Assembly: GCA_043733605.1 (NCBI GenBank)
Contig: JAYTGI010000105.1
Span: 1-36,460 of the forward strand
Origin: Demequina sp.
GTDB taxonomy: Bacteria > Actinomycetota > Actinomycetes > Actinomycetales > Demequinaceae
Length of the DNA: 36,460 bases
Direction: 5' to 3'
Shown here: in pieces, positions 16,147-25,652 of the stretch
Layout of the letters: every line of letters starts with the position of its first letter
How positions within the stretch are numbered: position 1 is the first letter of the stretch
The notes under the pieces: model-generated
The model's input: the letters and a program-made list of their open reading frames with translations, nothing else
Database searches by the model: none
Told to the model about the DNA's origin: nothing
Made by a program: the position numbers and the translations under genes

Positions 16147-19100
16147 ATGAACGATCCACGAGGGGGGTCGGGGTCTTGGTGCCCCGATTGCGGAACGGTG
16201 TTGGCACTCGAGCAGGTGGTCTGCGACGTGTGCGGACTGAATTTCCACAGCGACACCGCGCGGAGCGTTGAACGCGCGAACGGCGAGCTACACCGCATTC
16301 AGGACCAGCTCGACTCGCTCGCTTCGCAGCACGCGCGGTGGATCGAATACCGCACGCAGGTTCTTGCCTCCGCGTCGCGTGTGCCGGCGCCGGGTGTGCC
16401 TGCGCCGGGTGAGCCCGCGACGCCCCCACTCACGTTCCCCAGCGATCAAGTTTCGCGCGACTATGCCGATCCCTTCACCTCCAGGGCCCCGCTTGCCACG
16501 AACGCGGCATGGCGGTCGGCAGCCCCTATGCGGCCCACCCGGACGATGTCAGCCGCGGCCCTGCTCGGAGTTTCGGGAGCCGCACTCTTTATCCTGGCGG
16601 GAATCGTCTTTGTGGCCGCCTCGTGGTCGACCTACGGACCGGCATCGCGCATGGGGATCCTGGTCGCATTCGCATCGACCTTCGCCTGGCTTGCGGTCAC
16701 AGCTACCAAACACAGCTTTGGCACGGTGGGTGGGGCGCTGGGCGTGGTCTCGGCCGCCTTTGTGGGGGTCAGTGTGTATGCCCTCACGACGGGACCCGTT
16801 GGGCCCGCCCCGTTTACGCTCGCGGTGGCGTCTCTCGTGGCCGGTGTCGCGGGGCTCGGGCTCGCCCAACTCAAGATCGACGGCGTAGGGGCGGCCGCGG
16901 CGGGCGCGATGGTGTTTGCCGTTGAAGCAGGCGCGATCGAGGCCGCGGTGAGAGCCGGATCGCTCGCTGCCGGACTCTCCCTGTACGCCATCGTGGCCGC
17001 AGTGGGCGCTTGTGCGATCATCGCGACGCGCTCGCTGTGGACCTCGCCAATTCAGCAGGGAATCGCCACGTATGGCGGGGTGGGAGTCGCCTTCGCTGGC
17101 GCGGCGATCGCTGTGAATGCGCCACTCGAGGCACACGGCCCTGACGCGTTTGTGTTCGCCGCGCTTGGGGCAAGCGCCCTTGCGTGCGGGGGGATCACCG
17201 CATGGCGTCCACGCTGGGGTGGCGGCGTGCTCACGGGTCTGGTGACCTTGGGCGCCGCGTCGGCTGCTTCGATGTGGAGGATCAGCGCGGCCGAGTTCGC
17301 ACTCGTGGCGGCGGTCGCTGTCCTGGGCGTGGTGGCGGGACTCTCGCGGGCCCCGACTACGTGGCGGGCGCCAGGACTGGCAGGAATTGTGCCTGCGTTG
17401 GCAATCATGGGCCTCGTAGCGATCCGTGTACTCACGGACGACTTCACGGTGGCGCTCGTCGGTACGCGAGCGTCGGATGGTGGCACGCTCGACGGCACAG
17501 GTGGGCTCGTGTTGTTCGGCGTCGCGCTCGTTCTTGTCTCCGCCCTTCCCCTGGTCACGGCACGCTGGGACACTCCCGCTCTCGCGGCAAGGTCGTGGCC
17601 CACGGCCCTTGCCTCGGCGGTCTTCGCAGTCGGAACCGTATCGATTGGCGTAGGCATCGCCCCACTCATGGCTAAGGGGCCCTCCGGCGCTGGCGTGGGG
17701 CTCGCGCTCGGTGCCTTGGTTCAGTGGGTGGCGGCGCCGGTGTGGCGTCCGACCTTGGTTTCGTCGGTGCGAAAGGCGGCGGTCGTCATCGTCGGCCTCG
17801 CCGGAATTCATGGCGCGGCGATCGTCGCGCTCGACCAACAGACCAGTGAGGCGCTGTGGTGGGGCTCTGCGGCAGTCGTTGTTTCGCTCATGGGGCTGAT
17901 CACGGCTTCCCCTCGACTCCCGCAAGCGGGGGGCGCTGGGACCTTCGTGGCCCTCAGCGCGACCGCGGCGTGGTCGTGGCAGTTCTCGGGTGCTTACGGA
18001 ACAGTGCTCGTGTCGGTTGCCGCAGTGGCCGTCGGGATCGCACTCGTGACGAGGTGGTTGCCGCAGGCCCTTGCGATGCCCGTGCTCGTCGGAAGCGCTC
18101 CCGGGTACTTGGTATCCGCTGTTGCAATCATCGTGGGTGCGACGATGGCGACGGCGAATTCATTCTCAACCCACCCCACGACCCTGCCGCCCGTCTTTAT
18201 GTGGGCGCCGATTGTGAGCGCCTGCGCGGCGCTCGTTGGGCCGATGACGGCGACCCTGGTAGCGCGCGTGCAGGGCGGCACCGGTCATCGCGTGACGGGC
18301 GTTGTCTCGGGCGCGGGCTTCCTCGCGCTTGAGCTCACGGGCCTCGCCTGGCTGCAACAGGCGGCCTCCACAGCCCCTCACGTCGCGCCGATGCTCGTGG
18401 ACTCGATCTCTCCCGCGCTCGCGGTCGCCGTGGGCGGTCTCGCCTTCGGGCTTGTCGCGGCGGTGCCGTGGTGGCAGCCCGCGCGTAGGCCCATCGGCAT
18501 CGGTGTGGTGGCGATCATCGCGGCACACGGCATCGTGGCATTGGGGCGAATGGCGTTCGACAGTGTCGACATGTGGTGGACGGTCGCTGCGTTGTCTGGC
18601 GCGGCGATGGCCCTCGGAGTCGCCGCGCGTTGGGTCCCCCGAGTGACCGTCGCACCAGCAGTGTTTGTGGCAAGCCTCATTGCGAGTGCCGCACTTGCCG
18701 CTCATCATCCCGAACAGGCGCTCGCTGCGGGTGCTGTCGCCGTCGCACTCGTGGCGTGGTCTGCGCGGTGGGCGCGTGGCCAGTTGCGCGCATCGGTTCT
18801 CATTGGAGGGAGCGGAGTGGTGCTGGTCGCCGCCGGCGCCGTGCTGTTCGCTGCCTCGGGGGCGTTTGAGGCCCTCGGCCGCCTGTACGACGGCGACGCC
18901 GCCACCTGGCGACCGTGGCATGCGGTCGTGGTGAGTGCAGTGACGTGCGCGGTGCTGGCGTGGCCTCCTGTTCGGCGGGTGGGGGGTGCTGTCGTGGCGC
19001 TCGCGCTCGTGATCGTCGCCGGACTCGTTCCCTCGCCCATCGGTTGGATCACTCTCGCGACGGTGAGCCTCGTGTCCGCTGAGGCGGCCGTGCGGTGGCA

Positions 19101-20022
19101 CAAGGCGCTCGGCCTGAACGCCTTCGTGCCCTTAGGCATCGGTTTCGGTGCAGTGATCTGGTCCGGTGGCTCCGCTGAGAATGTGGCGACGACGTGGGGC
19201 GCGCTGTCGTTCGTTGCCCTGTGGACGGCGGTGAGGGCCGGGGCCGTTGCCGGCAATGCGGTCCGATCAGTGTCCTTGGTGGTGGCTCCACTTGCGGGCT
19301 CCATCGCGGTGGGAGTCGCCCTCGGAGCCGCGGGCGTGTCGCCTCATATCGCCGCAACCGTGGCCGCGGGGACCGCGCTCGTGATGCCGTTGATTGCCGT
19401 AGCGGTGGGGCTCGACAGGGGCGGGCGCGTCGCCATAGGGGTCCTTGGGGCTGTGAGCATGGCTGGCCCCATCGCGACCCTCGACCTTGCGCTCGCAGGG
19501 CTGGCGGTGGTGATGGCCTGCGCCGCGTGGTTCACGCTCTCTACCCTGGGCGTGAGGTGGGCACGGTGGGTCGCCCTTGGGGGCCTGTCAGTGGCCGCCA
19601 TGTTGCTCGCGGCCGCCGTCGGCCTCGCCACGCTTGAGGTATATACCGCCGTTCCGTCCGCCTCAATGGTCGTGGTGGGCCTGTGGTGGATGAGGCGAGA
19701 TCCCGCCATCCGCACATATCAGGCGCTGGCACCCGGTCTTGGGGTGGCTCTCGTGCCTTCCTATGTGGCACTTCTCGTGCATCCAGAGGCTGTGGCTCGT
19801 CCGCTCGCACTCATCGGTGGGGCGGTGGTTCTTGCCGCGCTAGGAGTCGCGCTTGAGTGGTTCGCGCCGCTGCTCGCCACTGCAGTCACCACGGTCGTGG
19901 TCGCTGTGTCACAGCTGACCGTCGCGGATTCGCTCGCGCCTGTCTGGGTCAATGTGGCGGTCATCGGCGCCGTGTTGTTTGGGCTCGCGTTGCTCGCCGA
20001 ACGCATCAAGGCGATGAGATAG
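16147..20022 (+). CDS. Large polytopic membrane protein, SCO7613 C-terminal-domain / DUF2157-like, with N-terminal zinc ribbon
   Basis: CPDC..CDVC, a coiled segment, LLGVSGAALFILAGIVFVAASW, then >1000 aa of hydrophobic segments ending LEVYTAVP..ALAPGL.VALVPS. TAAGGT -10 lies 6 nt before the ATG. Confidence 0.8.
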   Translation: MNDPRGGSGSWCPDCGTVLALEQVVCDVCGLNFHSDTARSVERANGELHRIQDQLDSLASQHARWIEYRTQVLASASRVPAPGVPAPGEPATPPLTFPSDQVSRDYADPFTSRAPLATNAAWRSAAPMRPTRTMSAAALLGVSGAALFILAGIVFVAASWSTYGPASRMGILVAFASTFAWLAVTATKHSFGTVGGALGVVSAAFVGVSVYALTTGPVGPAPFTLAVASLVAGVAGLGLAQLKIDGVGAAAAGAMVFAVEAGAIEAAVRAGSLAAGLSLYAIVAAVGACAIIATRSLWTSPIQQGIATYGGVGVAFAGAAIAVNAPLEAHGPDAFVFAALGASALACGGITAWRPRWGGGVLTGLVTLGAASAASMWRISAAEFALVAAVAVLGVVAGLSRAPTTWRAPGLAGIVPALAIMGLVAIRVLTDDFTVALVGTRASDGGTLDGTGGLVLFGVALVLVSALPLVTARWDTPALAARSWPTALASAVFAVGTVSIGVGIAPLMAKGPSGAGVGLALGALVQWVAAPVWRPTLVSSVRKAAVVIVGLAGIHGAAIVALDQQTSEALWWGSAAVVVSLMGLITASPRLPQAGGAGTFVALSATAAWSWQFSGAYGTVLVSVAAVAVGIALVTRWLPQALAMPVLVGSAPGYLVSAVAIIVGATMATANSFSTHPTTLPPVFMWAPIVSACAALVGPMTATLVARVQGGTGHRVTGVVSGAGFLALELTGLAWLQQAASTAPHVAPMLVDSISPALAVAVGGLAFGLVAAVPWWQPARRPIGIGVVAIIAAHGIVALGRMAFDSVDMWWTVAALSGAAMALGVAARWVPRVTVAPAVFVASLIASAALAAHHPEQALAAGAVAVALVAWSARWARGQLRASVLIGGSGVVLVAAGAVLFAASGAFEALGRLYDGDAATWRPWHAVVVSAVTCAVLAWPPVRRVGGAVVALALVIVAGLVPSPIGWITLATVSLVSAEAAVRWHKALGLNAFVPLGIGFGAVIWSGGSAENVATTWGALSFVALWTAVRAGAVAGNAVRSVSLVVAPLAGSIAVGVALGAAGVSPHIAATVAAGTALVMPLIAVAVGLDRGGRVAIGVLGAVSMAGPIATLDLALAGLAVVMACAAWFTLSTLGVRWARWVALGGLSVAAMLLAAAVGLATLEVYTAVPSASMVVVGLWWMRRDPAIRTYQALAPGLGVALVPSYVALLVHPEAVARPLALIGGAVVLAALGVALEWFAPLLATAVTTVVVAVSQLTVADSLAPVWVNVAVIGAVLFGLALLAERIKAMR

Positions 20023-20059
20023 CGCGTGATCTGCGCACGACTGTCGCGACTCGTAAGCC

Positions 20060-20524
20060 TTACACGTGGTTTGCGAAGCCCAGTTGCCTGCCAGCCTCGT
20101 AGATCGCGATCGAGGCGGCATTGGACAGATTGAGCGACCGCCTCCCAGGAAGCATTGGAATCCGCAACCACTGAGTGATCCGTGGATGGTCAAGAACCTC
20201 ATCAGGGAGGCCTGTGGGCTCGGGTCCAAAGAGCAACACGTCGGTGGAGGCATACGTGACATCGGTGAACCAGGTGTCGGCCCTGCCCGTGAAGGCGAAC
20301 ACGCGCGCGCCAGGCAGCGCGGAACACAGCGCGTCGAACGAGGGGTGAACGGTCACCGTTGCGAGGTCGTGGTAGTCGAGGCCTGCGCGTCGCAGCCGGG
20401 ACTCCTCAAGCGAAAACCCGAGCGGCTCGATGAGCCTCAGTGGTGCCCCCGTGACCGCAGACAGCCTGATCGCGGCGCCGGTGTTCTCGGGGATTCGCGG
20501 CTCGAAGAACGCGATCGATGGCAT
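20060..20524 (-). CDS. trmL: tRNA (cytidine/uridine(34)-2'-O)-methyltransferase, SPOUT family
   Basis: EPRIPENTG, LRRAGLDYH, LLFGPEPTGLP, RIPM..RSLNLSN motifs. ATG 20524 (or GTG 20542) preferred over 20641. Confidence 0.93.
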   Translation of the reverse strand: MPSIAFFEPRIPENTGAAIRLSAVTGAPLRLIEPLGFSLEESRLRRAGLDYHDLATVTVHPSFDALCSALPGARVFAFTGRADTWFTDVTYASTDVLLFGPEPTGLPDEVLDHPRITQWLRIPMLPGRRSLNLSNAASIAIYEAGRQLGFANHV

Positions 20525-20574
20525 TGGCACAGGAGTGTTCACGTGAGCAAGTCTTCCACGCGGGGCGTGCGCCA

Positions 20575-20607
20575 GACGCGGGCACTGACGCGGGCACTGA
20601 CGCGGGC
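20575..20607. repeat. 12-bp tandem repeat (GACGCGGGCACT) x2.75
   Basis: Seen directly in the divergent trmL / SGNH hydrolase intergenic region. Confidence 0.9.
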
Positions 20608-20756
20608 CGCGACGGGGCGGGGCGCCGCGACACGCCGACATGTGAAGTTCGACACTCGAGGCGCTTTACCCCATATCTGGGGCTACCGAGTCGGGGGGCA
20701 GGTTTTTTACCGTCGAAGTTGAGCCCTGAGGGCTCGATGACTCGGGAGTTGGAAGC

Positions 20757-23033
20757 GTGCGGGCATCGATCGCTATCGGCGGCGTCGCGCTCATCGCGGC
20801 AGTCGCCTTCACAGGAGTCTGGGCGGCAACATCTGCCCAGGCGGCTCAAGGCGACGCTACCGCCCATGCACCCTTTGCTCCCGTCGAAGCGCAAGAACCG
20901 CACCCCCTGACCGCGCTGCTCATGGGCGACTCGTACACGGCGGGCAACGGAGCCAGGGCCGACGGAGAGCCAGCCTATTACGGTCCCGATCGCTGCATGC
21001 GGAGCACCAACACCTGGGGCGAGCAATACGCGAGGATCCTCAATTCGAAGGGCTATGCGGTCACCTTGATGAACAGGGCCTGCTCGGCCGCTACCGCCGA
21101 TTCGGTTCTTCATCCCAGGAACATGAAGGACCCGCGCGTGATCGAGTTTCCACACCCCGAGGACGAGTCCGCGCCACAAAACGACCAGTTCTACACCTCG
21201 TGGGCGGCATCGACTCCTCGATGCGCGCCGACGCAGGCTTCAGAGGAGTATTTCGTGACGCACGTCGTGAGGGCGCCGCTCGGTGGCGGGAGCGATCAGG
21301 TTTCCGTCGTGTGCGATCGCTGGCTGGCGCCCCAGGTTGACGCTCTCAACCCCGACGTCGATCTGGTGCTTCTCACGCTCGGCGGGAATGACGCGCACTT
21401 TCCCGACATCGTCAGGGCGTGCCTCATCATGGGGGACGCAAAGGCGTGCGATGGTGCGGTGCAGACGGCTCGCGCATACGTGAACACCGAGTATTCGGGT
21501 GACTTGGAAGGCGTGTTGACGGAAATCGAGCGGCGGACCGATGGACACGCGAAGATCGCGTTCCTCGCATACCCAGGTCTCGAGGTCAACAATGACCTGA
21601 GCATCACGTCGGTCCAATCGTCGGGACTCACGGCGTACCCCGTATCCGCACAGTTGTCCCTGCTTGCCGCGGAGGGCATCGCCGCCGAACAATCAGCAAT
21701 CGACACGGTGAATGCGGCGTTCGGAGAGGGAACGGTCACGTTCGTCGACTCGGTTCCCTCGCTGTTCCAGGGTCATGAGCCCGATGCCCGTGGCGGGATC
21801 GCCAATCCGAACAGGTGGATGTACGAGGTCTTTGAGACGACCACCCGCGATGAGTGGTACCACCTGAAGCCGGAGGGGCAACGCCAGCTCGCTCAATTGG
21901 TCGCGGGTTATGGAGTCTTTGGCGCGGTCGACGACAACGGAAGGGCACGCGACGTCGCGCTCGTTCTGGGTGACGACCCCGTTGCCAGGACGGCCGTCGA
22001 ATCCGCACTGACCGATGCGGGTATTTGGGTCGGTGCGCGGGTTTCGGTCATCGAGCAGCGTCGTGCGGACGACGGAATTCAACTCTTGAGGCGCGTCGTG
22101 GCCGCGAGCACGGACCCTGGGAGCGCGCTCGATGCGCTGCGGGCGTCCGCGAGACCCGACTGGGCGTCAGAACAGGACGTGAGGCTGCCCGCCCGGTGGA
22201 ACGCGACCGCGCAGGCCGTCTACGTCGGCGATGAACCCGTCGTGCAGGCCGATGTGGCAAGCGTGTGGACGGGGGACGCAGACGGCAGGGCCGTGGCGGT
22301 CGATGCGAATGTCGTCACCCTGTCCGCCTCCGCCGATGCGTTCGCGCACGGTGAGACCGCGGCTGCCGGAATTCGCGGCCGGCTTGTCGAGGCGCTTGAG
22401 CGCGCTCAGGACGTTCCGCACGCGTGGGCCGGCGGGCCATATGTTGCTGGGACTCGAGATCTTGAACTGACGGCGAGAGGATCCGTCGGGGCGGGAGATT
22501 TCTCGTACTCCTGGGATCTCGACGGCGACGGAACCTTCGAGTCTTCGTCGAATGGCCCGACGTTGACGGTGAGAGCGGGTCAGGTCAAGAAGGGGTGGGT
22601 AAGCGTCCGCGTAGAGGTCCAAGGGGGAGCGACTTCCATTGCGAGCGCTTGGGTATCAGGGAGTTCCGGGACGGTCAACGACAAGGGGCCTTGCATCGGT
22701 CAGGACGCCGCCGTCGTTGAAGGAGGAGCCTCCGGACGTCGCGGTTGCGGTATGTCTCACCAGGTCACCACAGGACCGGACGCCGCGAGTGGGTCACCTT
22801 GGTCGATTCCCGCACACGAGCGAGGCGGCCACACCGGGGCGACTTCTCACGAGCCCACGCTCGCGGCGCTCACCCTGGTGCCGCTGTTTGCCGACGAGCG
22901 GATCACAACGGTGGGAGGGGCGCGGTCCAGGGTGCCCACGAGGGCTCGCGACCGTGCACGAACGCGCCCTCGTCAACTCATCTCACGGGAGCGCGGCCTC
23001 ACCGCGCTCTTGAACTCGAGTCGCGTCGGGTAG
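20757..23033 (+). CDS. Secreted SGNH/GDSL hydrolase with C-terminal PKD-like domain
   Basis: N-terminal signal-like segment; block I LLMGDSYTAGNG, NRACSAA, block III LTLGGND, block V EWYH; PKD-type AGGPY..YSWDLDGDGTFE. Confidence 0.85.
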   Translation: MRASIAIGGVALIAAVAFTGVWAATSAQAAQGDATAHAPFAPVEAQEPHPLTALLMGDSYTAGNGARADGEPAYYGPDRCMRSTNTWGEQYARILNSKGYAVTLMNRACSAATADSVLHPRNMKDPRVIEFPHPEDESAPQNDQFYTSWAASTPRCAPTQASEEYFVTHVVRAPLGGGSDQVSVVCDRWLAPQVDALNPDVDLVLLTLGGNDAHFPDIVRACLIMGDAKACDGAVQTARAYVNTEYSGDLEGVLTEIERRTDGHAKIAFLAYPGLEVNNDLSITSVQSSGLTAYPVSAQLSLLAAEGIAAEQSAIDTVNAAFGEGTVTFVDSVPSLFQGHEPDARGGIANPNRWMYEVFETTTRDEWYHLKPEGQRQLAQLVAGYGVFGAVDDNGRARDVALVLGDDPVARTAVESALTDAGIWVGARVSVIEQRRADDGIQLLRRVVAASTDPGSALDALRASARPDWASEQDVRLPARWNATAQAVYVGDEPVVQADVASVWTGDADGRAVAVDANVVTLSASADAFAHGETAAAGIRGRLVEALERAQDVPHAWAGGPYVAGTRDLELTARGSVGAGDFSYSWDLDGDGTFESSSNGPTLTVRAGQVKKGWVSVRVEVQGGATSIASAWVSGSSGTVNDKGPCIGQDAAVVEGGASGRRGCGMSHQVTTGPDAASGSPWSIPAHERGGHTGATSHEPTLAALTLVPLFADERITTVGGARSRVPTRARDRARTRPRQLISRERGLTALLNSSRVG

Positions 23034-23048
23034 AGCCTTGCGCCGCTG

Positions 23049-24989
23049 TTACCAGATACGCACGCGGTCGTGGGGCGCGAGCCATAAGGCATCGCCCTCC
23101 GCGACTCCGAAGGCCGCATACCACGCGTCCATGTTGCGCACCACTCCGTTGATCCTGAACTCCTCTGGCGAGTGAGGATCCGTGTTGATTTGGGTGATGA
23201 GCGCCTCGTCGCGCCGCTTGGTGCGTTCCGTGAGCGCGTACGCGATGAAGTATCGCTGCACCGCGGTCAGGCCCCCGATGATGGGCAGTTCCGCGAGCGG
23301 CTTGCCGACGGCGATGCGAAGCGCCTTGAGCCCGATCTCTACTCCGGCCAGGTCGCCGATGTTCTCACCGACGGTGAGGGCGCCGTTGACGGTGTGCTCG
23401 TCGCTCAGTTGCGCGGGCGAGTACGAGTCGTATTGGGAGATCAGAGCTGAGGCGCGTTCCATGAACGAGGCTCTGTCGGCCTCGGTCCACCAATCCGCGA
23501 GCTTGCCGGTGCCGTCGTACTTCGAACCTTGGTCGTCGAATCCGTGACCAATCTCGTGGCCAATGACGGCGCCGATGCCGCCGAAGTTCACGGCGTCGTC
23601 CGCGTCGGGGTCAAAGAAGGGCGCCTGCAAAATCGCGGCGGGAAACACGATCTCGTTTCCCGTTTGCAGGTAGTACGCGTTGACCGTCTGGGGAGTCATG
23701 AGCCACTCGAACCTGTCGACGGGCTTGCCGATCTTTGACCAATCCCACGCTTGGTCGAAGCGCGCCGACGCGCGCACATTGCCAAGCAGGTCGCCCGCGT
23801 GCGCCGTAAGGCCACTGAAGTCCCTCCACACGTCCGGATAGCCGACCTTGGGCGTGAACTGCGCCAGCTTGGTCAGCGCCCGCTCACGCGTCTCCGGAGT
23901 CATCCACTCGAGGCCCTCGATCGACTCCTTGTATGCGGCGATGAGGTGAGCGACGAGTTCGTCCATCTTTGACTTGTGTGTCACCGGAAAGTGCCGCGCG
24001 ACGTATTCCTTGCCAACAAGCTCTCCCACGCAGCTCTCGACAACGTGCACGGCGCGCTTCCACCGTTCGCGCTGCTCAGGCGCGCCCGATAGCACCGTCC
24101 CGTAGAAATCGAAGTTGGCGCGCGATATTTCTTGAGTGAGGTAGGCCGCGCGACTCACCACGACGCGCCACCACAGCCACTGCTTCCAGTGGTCAAGATC
24201 CGTCGCGGTCCACAACGCGGCGAAACCGGTGAGGAATGAAGGTTCGTCCGCGATCAGGGAGCTTTGGGCCGCGTCTGGCATGCCGATCTGTGCGGCCCAG
24301 AGGGCCCATGGGAAGCCGGGAGCTTCGTCGGCGAGGGTCGCTAGCGTGGTGGGGTTGTACGTGAGATCGGCCTCTCGCGTCTTCACGTTGTCCCAGTGCG
24401 CGGCGGCGAGAGCCGTCTCGACCGCCATGACGGTGTTCGCGTCGACAGGGGCGTCGGTGAGCACGGCCATCCGCGCGATGTGCTCGACATACGCGGCCCT
24501 GGTCGCCGCGTGGGAATCCTCGCGGTAGAACGCCTCGTCTGGAAGACCGAGGCCCGACTGCTCGAGGTAGACCACGTTGTCGTCGGGGCTGTTCTTGTCC
24601 GCAAAGACGTAGAACCCCACCGCTCCGCTCACGCCCGTGACTTGCAAGCGTCCGATCGCGGCGGCGAGCTCGTCATGGTTGGTGGCGGCGTCGACCTGTT
24701 CGAGGTCCTCAATCAGCGGGGCCACGCCAAGGGAGTCGACCTTGTCGGTGTCCATGAAGCTCGCGTAGAGGGCGCCGATGTTCGATTCGGCGGGTGCCTC
24801 CTCGATGATGATCCGCACGTCCTTCTCCGCCTGGTCGTGAAGCGCGTAGAACGCGCCGTCCGCTGCGCGGTCGGCGGGGATCTCGTGACCGGCGAGCCAC
24901 GTGCCGTTGACATACTGGAAGAAGTCATCTTGGGGTCGAATGGTCGTCGACAGGGCTGTGCGGTCGATGCCGCTCTGGTGATCCTTCAT
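23049..24989 (-). CDS. pepO: M13-family zinc metallopeptidase (PepO/Zmp1-like)
   Basis: RPQDDFFQYVNG, VNAYY, HEIGH zinc motif, GENIGD, DPHSP, RVRIW end. TAGGGT -10 lies 7 nt before ATG 24989. Confidence 0.93.
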   Translation of the reverse strand: MKDHQSGIDRTALSTTIRPQDDFFQYVNGTWLAGHEIPADRAADGAFYALHDQAEKDVRIIIEEAPAESNIGALYASFMDTDKVDSLGVAPLIEDLEQVDAATNHDELAAAIGRLQVTGVSGAVGFYVFADKNSPDDNVVYLEQSGLGLPDEAFYREDSHAATRAAYVEHIARMAVLTDAPVDANTVMAVETALAAAHWDNVKTREADLTYNPTTLATLADEAPGFPWALWAAQIGMPDAAQSSLIADEPSFLTGFAALWTATDLDHWKQWLWWRVVVSRAAYLTQEISRANFDFYGTVLSGAPEQRERWKRAVHVVESCVGELVGKEYVARHFPVTHKSKMDELVAHLIAAYKESIEGLEWMTPETRERALTKLAQFTPKVGYPDVWRDFSGLTAHAGDLLGNVRASARFDQAWDWSKIGKPVDRFEWLMTPQTVNAYYLQTGNEIVFPAAILQAPFFDPDADDAVNFGGIGAVIGHEIGHGFDDQGSKYDGTGKLADWWTEADRASFMERASALISQYDSYSPAQLSDEHTVNGALTVGENIGDLAGVEIGLKALRIAVGKPLAELPIIGGLTAVQRYFIAYALTERTKRRDEALITQINTDPHSPEEFRINGVVRNMDAWYAAFGVAEGDALWLAPHDRVRIW

Positions 24990-25065
24990 GTCGCTCACCC
25001 TATGTGCTGACGACCCGCGAGCGCCCCACGTTCGCCCACGGCGTGCCTGCTGGCACAATGGGGTG

Positions 25066-25524
25066 ATGCGCCTTCACATTGCTACAGACCACGCGGGATT
25101 CGAGTTCAAGGAAGAGCTTCTCGCCCACTTGACCGCAGCTGGCCACGATCTTGTGGATCACGGTGCCTTCGAGTACGACGCCCAAGACGACTATCCGAGT
25201 TTTTGCATCGACGCGGCCCAGTCCGTGGCGGTCGAGCCGGGGTCGCTGGGAATCGTCATCGGGGGATCGGGCAACGGCGAGCAGATCGCAGCCAACAGGG
25301 TGCGCGGTATTCGTGCGGCACTCGGCTACACACCCGAGATCGCGGCGCTCGCGCGTCAGCACAACGATGCGAATGTCCTTGGCATCGGTGCACGCATGCA
25401 CACCAAGGACGAGGCGTTCGCGATCGTGGACGCGTTTGTCACCACGGCCTTCAGCGGCGACCCGCGCCACCAGCGCCGTATCGATGAGGTCTCCGCGTTT
25501 GAGGCCGCGCGCGACGCCTCTTAG
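25066..25524 (+). CDS. rpiB: Ribose-5-phosphate isomerase B (actinobacterial type)
   Basis: MRLHIATDHAG, DDYP, GGSGNGE, ARQHNDAN, RHQRRI motifs. CACAAT -10 lies 6 nt before ATG 25066. Confidence 0.95.
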   Translation: MRLHIATDHAGFEFKEELLAHLTAAGHDLVDHGAFEYDAQDDYPSFCIDAAQSVAVEPGSLGIVIGGSGNGEQIAANRVRGIRAALGYTPEIAALARQHNDANVLGIGARMHTKDEAFAIVDAFVTTAFSGDPRHQRRIDEVSAFEAARDAS

Positions 25525-25592
25525 TCTTCCAGCTCGCTTCTGCATGGTCTCGAGGAATGCGCTGTTTTGAGAAATGCCGTGTCCTTGGAAAT

Positions 25593-25634
25593 GCGCCGTC
25601 GTGAGCACCGCGCCGTCGTGAGCACTGCGCCGCC
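25593..25634. repeat. 17-bp period direct repeat (GCGCCGTCGTGAGCAC-Y) x2.4
   Basis: Units at 25593-25608 and 25610-25625 plus a partial third, between convergent rpiB and eis-like genes. Confidence 0.85.
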
Positions 25635-25652
25635 ACGGGAAGTCTGGCGCCG

